Shown here: in pieces, positions 1 through 9,487 of the stretch | Numbering within the stretch: the first letter of the stretch is position 1 | How the letters are laid out: every line of letters starts with the position of its first letter | Source: a virus | Lineage: Duplodnaviria > Caudoviricetes | Virus record (IMG/VR): IMGVR_UViG_3300031885_000017 | Coordinates: 1 to 56,227 of that record | DNA length: 56,227 nt | Strand: one strand, 5' to 3' | Notes under the pieces: generated by a model | Database searches by the model: none | Told to the model about the DNA's origin: nothing | The model's input: only the letters and a program-made list of their open reading frames with translations | Translations under genes and position numbers: made by a program

Positions 1-14
1 AAGACGAACAGAAA

Positions 15-461
15 GTGCTCAAAGAGAAGTGGGCCTACGATGATCGTAAGGCCGAACTGGACGAGTACGCCAAGACGCTTGAGGGTTACGACCAGGATCT
101 AATGATCGCCTCCCTCGTCTTGAAGTTTGGACAGTACGGCGTTACGGAGGCGGGTCTCGCAGACAAGTCCGTGGCTGAAATGGAGTTGTTCTGTGCGGAG
201 ACGAAAGCCTCTCACTTCGAGAAATTGGCCCAGGGCGGCATCCATGCCGCGGCGCCGCAGAAGCCACCTGCTAATGTAGCGCCACCCGCTCCGGCGCAGC
301 CTGCGCCGGTTGTTCCGGCAGGCCTAACGGCCCCGTCGGATGTGGGCAGTGGAACTCCTGCCCCCAAGGAACACGAGTTCAACCCGAAGCAGGGCAGAGA
401 TGCCATGCTTGAGAACTTACGCAACCTCCCAATGGAGTCGATCCAAGTCCGAAAGGCTTAA
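15..461 (+). CDS. Putative capsid scaffolding protein (5' truncated by window edge)
   Basis: Helical N-part and Pro/Ala-rich C-tail; directly upstream of the major capsid gene. Confidence 0.55.
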   Translation: MLKEKWAYDDRKAELDEYAKTLEGYDQDLMIASLVLKFGQYGVTEAGLADKSVAEMELFCAETKASHFEKLAQGGIHAAAPQKPPANVAPPAPAQPAPVVPAGLTAPSDVGSGTPAPKEHEFNPKQGRDAMLENLRNLPMESIQVRKA

Positions 462-506
462 TCGTCGCCTCCGTTGGGGCCATAACCTCGCGGAGGAATA
501 GTTAAC

Positions 507-1709
507 ATGGCTGGAACAATTCTACTCGAACGCATCGCCGGTATGGAAACCCCTGGGGTTCCTACCGAGTTCGATACCGTTCTGACCAGCAAGGTGCGTT
601 TCGTCGCGCCTCTGCTGATCAATATGTCGGAGCGGAGCGCCGACCTCCTGAAGTACATCGGGGGCCCGGAGGGCTTCGACTTCCGTACCACTAAGGTCGA
701 GTGGCAGGAAGATGACGTTTGGAACCGTCGTCTGGATGGGGCTACCCTAGCCCACAGCGCCGGTGCGACGGACACCCTGACCTTCACGGGCGGGGTTCAC
801 CGCTACCCCATCGGCACCATCCTTTACCACCCGTCAGACGGGGAGTACGTGCGGGTTGAGGCGCACTTGACCGCCGACACCATGACCGTGCGCCGTGACA
901 TCTACACCGGCGGTACGCACGTTATCTGGAATACCGGAACGGACGAGATCATCGTCGCTGGCTTCTCGATGGACGAGAACGACGACTACGTGTTCCGACC
1001 GACCGCTCTCTTCAACTTCCCGTACAACTACCCGCAGGTTCACCAGTCTGGTGTGCAGGCCAGCTTCCGGCGCCAGGAGACCGCGCTCTGGAACATGCGC
1101 GGCACCGACCTGGACTACCGGGCGTTGGATCTGGTCGCCGAGCAGTTCGTGGCGATGGAGCAGAGCGCGGTCGTGGGAGTGCGGTACTACGGCGATGCCA
1201 ATGTGCCCGCGTCCCTCGGCGGCTTGAAGTTCTTTGTCACGTCGGTCAACGGCGCCCAGGTTACTGCCCTGGGGGGCGCCGCCCTGACCCGCAAGGACAT
1301 CGACGACAAACTCCAGGCCCTCTTCTACAAGGTCGGCGCCGACAAGATGGCGAAGACCCTTCTTGTTAGTGCCTGGGCGAAGAGAAAGGTCAGTTCGTTC
1401 TGGTCCTCGGCCGAGAGGCTGGGCCCCGGCACGACCGATGCCGGTGTGGTCGTTGACCGCATCAACACCGACTTCGGCGTGGTCGAGATCCTGCTCCACA
1501 CGACCCTGGCCAAGGACGACCTGTACTTCATCAACCGCGACCAGATCAAGATGGGCTACCACGGGCAGCGCGGACGCCCCCACCTGGAGGAGTTGCCGCC
1601 TTCCACCGTCGGCCCTCGCTCGCAGAAGGTGTTCTACGGGGACGTGAGTCTCATCGTTTCTGGTGTGCAGTCGATGGGTCGCTTGTCCGGCTTCAGCGTC
1701 GCGGCCTAG
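507..1709 (+). CDS. Major capsid protein, SU10/DUF5309-like (HK97 fold)
   Basis: 400 aa; SD GGAGGA; KVEWQEDD motif, YNYPQV, LGGLKFF and INTDFGVVEI segments typical of this MCP family. Confidence 0.8.
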   Translation: MAGTILLERIAGMETPGVPTEFDTVLTSKVRFVAPLLINMSERSADLLKYIGGPEGFDFRTTKVEWQEDDVWNRRLDGATLAHSAGATDTLTFTGGVHRYPIGTILYHPSDGEYVRVEAHLTADTMTVRRDIYTGGTHVIWNTGTDEIIVAGFSMDENDDYVFRPTALFNFPYNYPQVHQSGVQASFRRQETALWNMRGTDLDYRALDLVAEQFVAMEQSAVVGVRYYGDANVPASLGGLKFFVTSVNGAQVTALGGAALTRKDIDDKLQALFYKVGADKMAKTLLVSAWAKRKVSSFWSSAERLGPGTTDAGVVVDRINTDFGVVEILLHTTLAKDDLYFINRDQIKMGYHGQRGRPHLEELPPSTVGPRSQKVFYGDVSLIVSGVQSMGRLSGFSVAA

Positions 1710-1725
1710 TCCTAAGAGATAGACG

Positions 1726-1750
1726 GGGGCGGGGATAACCTCCCCGCCCC
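1726..1750 (+). terminator. Stem-loop after capsid gene (attenuator or mRNA stabiliser)
   Basis: GGGGCGGGGA-TAACC-TCCCCGCCCC perfect 10-bp stem; no U-tract. Confidence 0.5.
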
Positions 1751-1763
1751 TGGAGGCAAACCA

Positions 1764-2030
1764 ATGCCGCAGAATCCAACTACGGGGGTTGAAGAGTCCG
1801 GGGGAGCGCAGCCCAGTGCCCCGCCCGGTGATGCCCCCAATCGCCCATCCACAATAGGTTACGCCGCCAATGGAGAACCCGTGGTGCTGGCAATCGGTAA
1901 CGCTACCGATGATGCCGGTATCGTCGCTGAGATTGGGCCCGACGCCAAGTTTGCCGACGGCTCCCTCTACCTGAGCACAGGTACGGGTCTTCTGTTCCAG
2001 AAGCGTAGCGACTTGTGGACCAGTATCTAA
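1764..2030 (+). CDS. Small virion protein, possible head-fibre base
   Basis: SD GGAGG; C-terminal GSLYLSTGTGLLFQKRSDLW motif resembles fibre-anchoring motifs. Confidence 0.5.
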   Translation: MPQNPTTGVEESGGAQPSAPPGDAPNRPSTIGYAANGEPVVLAIGNATDDAGIVAEIGPDAKFADGSLYLSTGTGLLFQKRSDLWTSI

Positions 2031-2042
2031 GAGGAAACAGAC

Positions 2043-4802
2043 ATGGCCCGAAACTACGTTACTGGGAGATGGGAGCTTCCCGACGGTCCCGTTCCCGGCG
2101 TCGGTGGGGTGGAACAGCTCGATATAGCTGACACCCAAAGTTTGAGGTTCGGGGACAACGAGGTTCTGTACTTCGGGGATGCCTTCGATGTCAGCATAAA
2201 GTGGGATGGGTCCAACCTGAAGATCCTCCCCGTGGCAGACGACACTGGTGCCATTCTCATCGGCAACGGCACCCTAGACATCGACCTCAAGGTGTTTTTG
2301 GGCACGGCTGGCTGCTACTTCCTCTGCGATGTAGGGAAGTCTGAGGCCAGTGTGGTCGTAGCCGGAACCGTACCAATCAATGAGGCTTCAGTTGGCGTCA
2401 CCAACGCCATCCGCGCACTCTACATCGGGTACAGCCCGACGTTCGACAGCGACCTTGAGTACGCCGCTGCTTCTGCATTGGTTGTCGAGATGTCGCCCAC
2501 GGCAGATGGGGCTACCGGGGGCAACAGGGCGAACGCCATCTACGCTCGAATTACCCACCCGACCACGAGTAAGGCCGTACAGGGCTGCTCCGCGGCTGGG
2601 GAGTTCGAGCAGGTCCACGCGGCTAGTGTCATAGTCCAGGCGAGTTATGGTGTCATCCGGCTTGTTGACCGCAACGACGGTGTTACGTGCTCGGCCAACA
2701 GGTCGTTCATCATGGTGCGGGATTACAGCATAACCGCGTACCAGAATCCCAACTTCATCAACTTCTGGAACTACCCGGCACTTACCCTCTCTGCTGGCAA
2801 GTTAATGACCCTGGCGGACGCCAACGGCGCCGGTGGGGAGGGATCCCCCTACAATGCAGCGATTCGTTGCATCTACGGTTCTGGCAGCACACCCATCTGG
2901 TTGATGGCGAGCACCATAGACCCAACAGGGAGACTCGACCTCAAGTTCTTTGGGTCTGCGTCTGGCAACTACCTCTGGTGGGACGCCGATGAGGACATTC
3001 TCAGTCTATACATAGGCGGCAGGACCGTTACCGGCGAAGAGCACGCCTTGGACATCCTGTTCGCGGGTACGGTCGCTGCGACCGCCGACCAGATGGTTGG
3101 CCTCAACGTGAGGGTGTTGCCCGCAGGGGCGCACAGCGATTGGGTCTCGGCCATCTATGCCAAGGTCACGATGCCTGCGACAACCAGGCCAGTCGATGGG
3201 TACGTGAGCGCGGCGGAACTCGAAGTGATACATACCGCCGGCGTTGCGGTTCAGTGTGCTTACTACATCCTGAACCTGAACGAGAACAACGGTGGTGTAA
3301 CAGTCTCCGCGGTCCGCGCCTACATTGGCCTGAACGACTACAGTGTGGCGGCCTACCGGCAACCTAACCTGTTCCACTTCAAGAGTGCTGCGGGGAGGGT
3401 GTCACCGGCTGACGACGACGTGATTCTGACCGAACCAGGAGTGGTCCGGGGTGGTACGTTCAACGTCGCGGTCAGGAACATGTTTGGCACAACGCCATTC
3501 TGGATACTGGGCACCACCACCGTCCCGGAGGCCTTCGCAGACCTCAAGGTGATGGGTAGTGTAGACACCAACTATCTGGAATGGGATGCCAGCGCGGACA
3601 AGTTTAGTCTGGTGACAACGAAGGCTACCGTCACTGGGACGGAGTATTGCGCTGTCATCAATAGCATCACGACACTGGATGCTGGCACCGAAGGGATAGT
3701 CGGTCTTCGGATAGATATGGCACCCACAGGCCCTCTAGCGATATTCGGGGGCGCCCTTCGCGCTGTCGGTCTCTGGTCTGTCGTGACCCTCGTTCAAGGC
3801 GGGGGTATCGGGGGCTACTCCTGCGCCGGAGAGTTTGATGTGATAAGTACGGGCGATTGTACCATCCTTGGTCTCGCCACGTACTACGTCATCAAGTTGG
3901 CCAGCCGGTGTACCCTCACTGGTGGTGCCGCGGTCATCTCCCCCAGAAGGGCGTTCATTGACCTGCGGGATACTGGCGTCGGCGAACTTGGAATGGAAAA
4001 CCTCTTCCTCTTCGAGAATGAAGCGGTTGCCTGTGCATACGGCGACGACCGTATGCTGGTCGCAAGCGGCGACACGCAGGCTGTGACCAACTCGGTCAAC
4101 GTTATGGTTCGCTGTATGGTCGGCGACCTGTCAACGCCTATCTGGTTGATGGCGACCACCATAGCACCGACCGCGATGCCCGACTGGAAGTTCGTTGGCA
4201 CCACAGCCAACAACTACATGTTGTGGGATGCCAGCGAGGACAAGCTCAATGTAGTCGTAACGAAGGCTGCCATCACTGCTGGGGTAGAGACGCCTGCCTC
4301 CATTGCCTTCACCGCGACGATGGATGCCTACACCGAGGGAATGGTGGGTCTCCTGGTCAATGTGACCCCCCTTGGTACTGGGGGCGTCTACGGTACGGGG
4401 GCTTTGCGGGCGGTTGGTATCTGGGGCTTGGTCACAGTGGCGAGCACCTCGATAAAGGGCTACGTCTGCGCTGCGGAGTTCGATGTCATCCAGACGGGAG
4501 CACCGGACGCCGGAGGGGATGCTCGGCCCGAATATCACATCCTGAAGTTGAGCAACAGGTACACCAGTACGTGTACTGTTTCCGGCAGTCGGTCGTTTAT
4601 CGGACTGCGCGATGCGAGTTCGTCCGGTTACGAGATGCCCAACCTGTTCAACTTCATGCAGGAGAGTGTGGCCTCTGCCTGGAACAGCGGACGGATGGTG
4701 CGGTTGAGTGGCACGCCGAAGGCGGCAACGCACGTTGTCCAGTGTCGGGTCGGTGGGACGGATTTCTACCTGATAGCAACCACGACGGCGCCGACCGACT
4801 AG
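2043..4802 (+). CDS. Large virion protein with four ~200-aa tandem repeats (head fibre/spike candidate)
   Basis: Repeats start DLKxxGxxxxYxxWD and contain AxEF(D/E), RSFIxxRD and TPIWLMA-like motifs; beta-rich. Confidence 0.65.
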   Translation: MARNYVTGRWELPDGPVPGVGGVEQLDIADTQSLRFGDNEVLYFGDAFDVSIKWDGSNLKILPVADDTGAILIGNGTLDIDLKVFLGTAGCYFLCDVGKSEASVVVAGTVPINEASVGVTNAIRALYIGYSPTFDSDLEYAAASALVVEMSPTADGATGGNRANAIYARITHPTTSKAVQGCSAAGEFEQVHAASVIVQASYGVIRLVDRNDGVTCSANRSFIMVRDYSITAYQNPNFINFWNYPALTLSAGKLMTLADANGAGGEGSPYNAAIRCIYGSGSTPIWLMASTIDPTGRLDLKFFGSASGNYLWWDADEDILSLYIGGRTVTGEEHALDILFAGTVAATADQMVGLNVRVLPAGAHSDWVSAIYAKVTMPATTRPVDGYVSAAELEVIHTAGVAVQCAYYILNLNENNGGVTVSAVRAYIGLNDYSVAAYRQPNLFHFKSAAGRVSPADDDVILTEPGVVRGGTFNVAVRNMFGTTPFWILGTTTVPEAFADLKVMGSVDTNYLEWDASADKFSLVTTKATVTGTEYCAVINSITTLDAGTEGIVGLRIDMAPTGPLAIFGGALRAVGLWSVVTLVQGGGIGGYSCAGEFDVISTGDCTILGLATYYVIKLASRCTLTGGAAVISPRRAFIDLRDTGVGELGMENLFLFENEAVACAYGDDRMLVASGDTQAVTNSVNVMVRCMVGDLSTPIWLMATTIAPTAMPDWKFVGTTANNYMLWDASEDKLNVVVTKAAITAGVETPASIAFTATMDAYTEGMVGLLVNVTPLGTGGVYGTGALRAVGIWGLVTVASTSIKGYVCAAEFDVIQTGAPDAGGDARPEYHILKLSNRYTSTCTVSGSRSFIGLRDASSSGYEMPNLFNFMQESVASAWNSGRMVRLSGTPKAATHVVQCRVGGTDFYLIATTTAPTD

Positions 4803-4870
4803 CGAATAGTACGCCTATGGGGGCCGGGCGCTGACAATACGGCCCCCACCGAATAGGAGGGAGAGACGAG

Positions 4871-5215
4871 ATGGAACTGAGAGTAGCTGAGAGGCTCATG
4901 CTGTTGAACCTCCTGGCTCCGATAGAGGGCGACATTACGGCACTGCGCCTTGTCCGTTCTCTACAGGGGCACTTGGGGTTCAACGACGAGGAGACCGCGG
5001 CCCTCGCCTTCAACCAGGAGCAGCAGGGGCGAATCGCATGGAAGCAGGAAGCCGATGTCCCGGTAGAGATCGAGATCGGCTCGGCTGCCAAGGCGATCAT
5101 CGCCACCCAGCTCAAGAAGGCGAGCGCGGCTAAGAGCCTGACACTACAACAGCTAGACCTTTACGAGAAGTTCGTGGGGGATGGGGTAGAGGAGGAGGGA
5201 ACCCCCAGCGAATAG
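4871..5215 (+). CDS. Hypothetical protein (possible fibre chaperone)
   Basis: 114 aa, strong RBS, follows fibre-like gene. Confidence 0.55.
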   Translation: MELRVAERLMLLNLLAPIEGDITALRLVRSLQGHLGFNDEETAALAFNQEQQGRIAWKQEADVPVEIEIGSAAKAIIATQLKKASAAKSLTLQQLDLYEKFVGDGVEEEGTPSE

Positions 5216-5216
5216 T

Positions 5217-5262
5217 GGAGGAGTAACCAGACGGCGAGGTAGTTTAAACATAACGCATCGGA
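5217..5262 (+). repeat. Intergenic direct repeat copy 1
   Basis: GGAGGA..GACGGCGAGGTAGTTTAA, with 18 nt identical to copy 2. Confidence 0.85.
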
Positions 5263-5324
5263 GGAGGCACCGTAATGCGAGAAGGTGAAAACCCCAATGT
5301 TGGCCTCATCTGGGATGAGGACCA

Positions 5325-5768
5325 ATGCCTGTAAACCCGATCACGGGACGAGAGGAACTTCCGGAAACTGTAGAGGATGGCATCGGTGTCAAGTCGGTGC
5401 CGATTGTCCGTGTGGCGAAGGCAACCTACGACTTTGCCGTAAAGGGCGGAGTCGTAGGGGACATCCCCCTGGATGACGTGGTTCCACTGGGCGCCGTCAT
5501 CGTGGGTGGATACCTGCGGGTGCTCACGGCCGTAACGGGTGGCGCTAATGCTACCGCTGCGGTCAAGGTGGAAGGTGCTGCGGACATCGTGGCTGCGGCC
5601 GTGGTTACTGGCGCTCCCTGGAGCACTACAGGCTTCAAGAGTGTCATCCCCGTTGCGACGGGCGCCACAATGCTCATCACTACGGCGAAGAGGAGAATCA
5701 CGGTAACTGTTGCGGTTGCCGATCTGACGGCAGGCAAGTTCGACGTGATGCTCTTCTACCACAAGTAA
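5325..5768 (+). CDS. Putative capsid decoration/cement protein
   Basis: 147 aa, all-beta pattern (ATYDFAVKGG, VPLGAVIVGG, LTAGKFDV), in head module. Confidence 0.55.
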   Translation: MPVNPITGREELPETVEDGIGVKSVPIVRVAKATYDFAVKGGVVGDIPLDDVVPLGAVIVGGYLRVLTAVTGGANATAAVKVEGAADIVAAAVVTGAPWSTTGFKSVIPVATGATMLITTAKRRITVTVAVADLTAGKFDVMLFYHK

Positions 5769-5773
5769 CCCTT

Positions 5774-5815
5774 GGAGGAACTGGACGGCGAGGTAGTTTA
5801 AGTACAGCGAATCGG
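5774..5815 (+). repeat. Intergenic direct repeat copy 2
   Basis: GGAGGA..GACGGCGAGGTAGTTTAA. Confidence 0.85.
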
Positions 5816-5893
5816 GGGCCGAGGGGCTTGACCTCCTCGCCTTCTCCTCCGGTCCCTTGGCCCCCTTCGCACGATGAGGAGGAGCAAATCCTA

Positions 5894-6550
5894 ATGGTGC
5901 AAGACGAGAGCGCTGCCCCCGTTGTGAGTATGACAGCAGAGCAGCGCAGAGAAGCCGCGGCTCAGGTAGAGGCCAGGAATGCGGCAACGGCAGCGGCAGC
6001 CGCGGGGATAGAGCAGGCAAAGAAGGCCGGTAAGGGGCCTCCACCGCTCCGTGGCGTCCGTGTCTTCATCTGCCCCCAACAGCCCAACAGCCTGTTCCTG
6101 GTCAAGGCAGGCACGGTGATCTCTTTCCGCGATCCCAATTCCCCAACCGGGAAGCGGGATGCCTCGCGGGAGGGAGACATCTGGGCCGAGTTCATCGAAG
6201 GTGTGCTCTCCAGCGATGACCCAGAGGTTATCGCCTGGTGTGAGGCGCACAGCGTCGATGAGGCACTCCATCAGGTTTATCACCGCGAGCGCGGCCAGAA
6301 GTCCTGCCCGATCAAGACAGGCCTGTGCTGCGATGCGGCCCACCCGATGGCTGAGATCTGGGCGGATATGAAGTCGGCCCAGATGCCGCTGGCCAACCGA
6401 GAGGCAACCATGCCGCCCGGAACCGAGGTGGACAAGCTACTGACAGGCGGCGTGCCTGCACACCAAGCCGGTGGCCCCGGCGACAAGCTGGTTACGGCTG
6501 CAAGGGCCAGGGCTAAGGCCGCCAAGGGTGTAGAGGGCGAGGAAGAGTAG
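5894..6550 (+). CDS. Hypothetical protein, Cys/His cluster
   Basis: ATG 5894 after GAGGAGGAG; ORF in operon. Confidence 0.6.
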   Translation: MVQDESAAPVVSMTAEQRREAAAQVEARNAATAAAAAGIEQAKKAGKGPPPLRGVRVFICPQQPNSLFLVKAGTVISFRDPNSPTGKRDASREGDIWAEFIEGVLSSDDPEVIAWCEAHSVDEALHQVYHRERGQKSCPIKTGLCCDAAHPMAEIWADMKSAQMPLANREATMPPGTEVDKLLTGGVPAHQAGGPGDKLVTAARARAKAAKGVEGEEE

Positions 6551-6559
6551 GAGGGGCGG

Positions 6560-6988
6560 ATGCCCTTTCCAGAGCTGAAATACTTTCGGGACACGACGTT
6601 CGACGACACGTCGAAGCTCATCTTTACCGTCCCGGACGGTGAGGTGTACGAGCTGCTCTGGGTCTTCGTCATATACGAGGCTTCCGTCGCCGTTGAAAAC
6701 AGGCAGCCTTGCATCATGGTGTGCGATACAGACACCTACCCCACCCTCATAGTTGGGATGGGAGACGTTGCTACGGCCGGTGAGAAGTGGTACGTCACCT
6801 TTGCCCCCGGCGCCGCTCTTGCCCAGAACGAAGCCACCACTGAGAGACAGGCTTTCGTACCCATCCCCCCGAAGTTGGTGCTGCCGTCTGGGTTCGCGCT
6901 CTACGCAGTCGTCGGCCTCTATTCGGGTGCCGGTGACGACATGACCGTTCACGCACTGGTGCAGCGCCACCAGCCAGGTGCGCCATAG
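6560..6988 (+). CDS. Hypothetical virion protein
   Basis: SD GGAGG, beta-rich 142 aa. Confidence 0.6.
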   Translation: MPFPELKYFRDTTFDDTSKLIFTVPDGEVYELLWVFVIYEASVAVENRQPCIMVCDTDTYPTLIVGMGDVATAGEKWYVTFAPGAALAQNEATTERQAFVPIPPKLVLPSGFALYAVVGLYSGAGDDMTVHALVQRHQPGAP

Positions 6989-6997
6989 GAGCCTACT

Positions 6998-7402
6998 ATG
7001 ACTGTTGCCTACAAGAAAGAAACCGTCGGCTACGGCGACAACCGCTACGTCGTTGAACGGTGGAGCCAGGCCAGCGGCGACAATGCCGCACAGACCTGTA
7101 CCACCGCCCCGGCTGCGGACGCACGGGCCCCTGTACAGCCGCGCCGCCTAATTGCGGTGCTGGTGAAGTACACGAACACAGTCACGAAGACCTGTACCGT
7201 GACGTTGAACAGCGGGATCGGCCCGACCTACGACGGCTTGCTGGGCTCCATTGCCCTTAACGTCGCGGCATCTGGTTCGTTCCTCCCGGCTGTGCCTATC
7301 GACCTGTTCTCGGATGACGTTATTGATGTGTACTGCCCGGCAGCGGGTGTGGGTGGCGAACTGTCACAGGTAGTCATCATAACGCAGGTCACGGAACTGT
7401 AG
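6998..7402 (+). CDS. Hypothetical virion protein
   Basis: SD AGGAG, beta-rich 134 aa. Confidence 0.6.
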   Translation: MTVAYKKETVGYGDNRYVVERWSQASGDNAAQTCTTAPAADARAPVQPRRLIAVLVKYTNTVTKTCTVTLNSGIGPTYDGLLGSIALNVAASGSFLPAVPIDLFSDDVIDVYCPAAGVGGELSQVVIITQVTEL

Positions 7403-7486
7403 TCGGGCGGCGACCCGTTGAACCTCCGGGGCGGCCGGGCCATCGGCCCGTAAAGGGCCGCCCCGAATTGTTAGAAGGGAGAGAGG

Positions 7487-8101
7487 ATGGCGACGTTTGC
7501 TGATCTAACGGCGGGGGTGGCTCTCCGTTGCCATGACTCCGGCAAGCTGGAGTTGACAGACACGCAGTATGGCTTGCTTGTGAATCAAGCAATCGACGAT
7601 CTTGCAGCCGAGCAAATCGTCACACCCCTGGCCGAGGATGAGTCTCTAACCCTCGCCGCCAATGTCTGGGATTACACGGTTCCGGCTGACTTCGCCTACA
7701 TAAAGGAACTGCGCCTGGAGTCGGCGGCTGCCTCCAGCAAGTACCCCAACGTCATCCACCCATCCCTCTGGCGTCTAACCATCGAGACCACCACTACCGC
7801 CATCATCAAGTTCGACGAGAACGAGTTTACGCCTACCGCCGGTCTGCACCTCAAGGTCATCGGCCAGAAGCGCGTGGCTCAGTTGAGTGGGGTTCTCGTT
7901 GCGGAACCCGGCCTGGAGTCCTTCATCCGCGAGCGGGCCATTGGCTACGCGGCGGACATCCTGGCTGGCGGCGTATCGGAACTGTCGGCCTGGCGGCGGG
8001 CCCTGGTCCAGGAGGCTTGGACGAGATCCAACCTCATACTTCAGAGGATTCCGCGGGAGTGGCGGCCCTTGCCTGATTCCAAGCGTGTTCCCGGTCGCTA
8101 A
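7487..8101 (+). CDS. Head-tail adaptor/ring protein, paralog 1
   Basis: MATFADL..VNQAIDDL..YTVPADF pattern typical of adaptor proteins; paralogous to 8819-9472. Confidence 0.65.
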   Translation: MATFADLTAGVALRCHDSGKLELTDTQYGLLVNQAIDDLAAEQIVTPLAEDESLTLAANVWDYTVPADFAYIKELRLESAAASSKYPNVIHPSLWRLTIETTTTAIIKFDENEFTPTAGLHLKVIGQKRVAQLSGVLVAEPGLESFIRERAIGYAADILAGGVSELSAWRRALVQEAWTRSNLILQRIPREWRPLPDSKRVPGR

Positions 8102-8113
8102 TGGGGGAGAGAG

Positions 8114-8818
8114 ATGCCTGAGACTGAGGAAGAACTGAAGGCGGCGCGTGGTCGCGCCATGATCAACAAGCTGGAGGCGGATGCGGAGAAGGCCCGCGCC
8201 GAAGCCAGCACTGCCCGCGCCCAGACCCGTTGCGCGGAGACCGCGGCCGAGATCGGCATGATTAGCCTGGAGCGTGAGCGCCGCAAGGAGAAAGAGGAGC
8301 TGGCCACCAACAAATACCACCACGTCTACCACTTCACCTCCTCGGTGGATGGCCGCTCGGTGGAGGTTTGTATGGATCGCTTGGCTTATTGGTCTAGGAC
8401 AGAGCCGGGGTGCGCCATCGAGATCGTCTTCACCTCGCCCGGTGGCGCCGTCATCGATGGACTGGCGCTCTTCGACTTCATCCAGGAGCTACGGCGGAAG
8501 GGCCACTGTGTCACCACCAAGGCTTTGGGGATGGCCGCGTCGATGGCTGGGATCCTACTCCAGGCGGGCACCAGGCGCGTGATGGCGACGGAGAGCTACG
8601 TCTTAATCCATGAGATCAGTGCCGGGGCCGTGGGCAAGATCGGCGAGATCGAGGATGAGGTGAAGTTCATCAAGAAGATACAGGGTCGGATCCTCGACAT
8701 CTTCGCCTCTCGCTCGAAGGTTCCCCGTGCCTACTATGCCAAGCGGTGGAACCGGACGGACTGGTGGTTGGATAGTTCCGAGTGTCTGAAGATCGGCTTT
8801 GTGGACGAGGTGGAATAG
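8114..8818 (+). CDS. clpP: ClpP-like (S14) serine protease with N-terminal coiled coil
   Basis: SPGG, AASMAG (catalytic Ser), LIHE (His), DWWLDSSECLKIGFVD (Asp). Confidence 0.92.
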   Translation: MPETEEELKAARGRAMINKLEADAEKARAEASTARAQTRCAETAAEIGMISLERERRKEKEELATNKYHHVYHFTSSVDGRSVEVCMDRLAYWSRTEPGCAIEIVFTSPGGAVIDGLALFDFIQELRRKGHCVTTKALGMAASMAGILLQAGTRRVMATESYVLIHEISAGAVGKIGEIEDEVKFIKKIQGRILDIFASRSKVPRAYYAKRWNRTDWWLDSSECLKIGFVDEVE

Positions 8819-9472
8819 ATGGCCACGACTTTGGGTAGCCTGAAGCGTCACATCGCTGCGAAGATACACGATCCACAGTTCATCTCTGTGGGCGAGGGGT
8901 TGATCGAGGGCTTCATCCAGGATGCCTACGACGACCTGAAACTGACCGGCTGGCTCTTGCCCGTAGAAGAGGATGAATCCATCACGATGGCGGCGGACAC
9001 CTACTCCTATGCGGTGCCTGCCAACTTTGCCTACATCTACATGCTCCTCGAAGAGGACTTCGCCACGCCCGGCCAGTACGACTACTTCATCCCGGATAAC
9101 TCTTGGCGTCTGGGCTACGATGCGGGTGTGCCTGTCTTCCTGTTCAACTCCTTGGCCTGGGGGCCGACCGCGGGTAAGAAGATCAAGATCGTCGGCCAGC
9201 AGCGCCCGACGGTGCCACTCGTAGACGCCACAGCCATCGAGGACGGCTTCGTGTCCTTCATCCGGATGAGGACTGAGGCCTACGCCATGCTCTACCTGGC
9301 GGCCGTCCCTGTGGAGGAATCCACCCCGGAGTTGCTGGAGAAGCGAATCGCAATCGCCAACGTGCGTATCGGCACGGCCAACGCTCTCATGGCGGCTTCC
9401 GAGCGGGCCCTGGCCCACCACCCGGCCGAGTATCGCGTAAGGCCCAGCTCAAGACACGTACCCACACGGTAG
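8819..9472 (+). CDS. Head-tail adaptor/ring protein, paralog 2
   Basis: EDESITMAADTYSYAVPANFAYI vs EDESLTLAANVWDYTVPADFAYI; similar C-termini. Confidence 0.65.
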   Translation: MATTLGSLKRHIAAKIHDPQFISVGEGLIEGFIQDAYDDLKLTGWLLPVEEDESITMAADTYSYAVPANFAYIYMLLEEDFATPGQYDYFIPDNSWRLGYDAGVPVFLFNSLAWGPTAGKKIKIVGQQRPTVPLVDATAIEDGFVSFIRMRTEAYAMLYLAAVPVEESTPELLEKRIAIANVRIGTANALMAASERALAHHPAEYRVRPSSRHVPTR

Positions 9473-9487
9473 GCGGGGAGGTGTGCG

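Noticed and set aside
834-2138. Long antisense ORFs (also 13888-14811, 20913-21896, 24309-25169)
   Set aside because: Shadows of high-GC genes on the opposite strand; no RBS or motifs
5815-5870. HDV-like/theta ribozyme suggested by CCTCCTCGC
   Set aside because: Could not build the nested double pseudoknot; a simple hairpin explains the pairing
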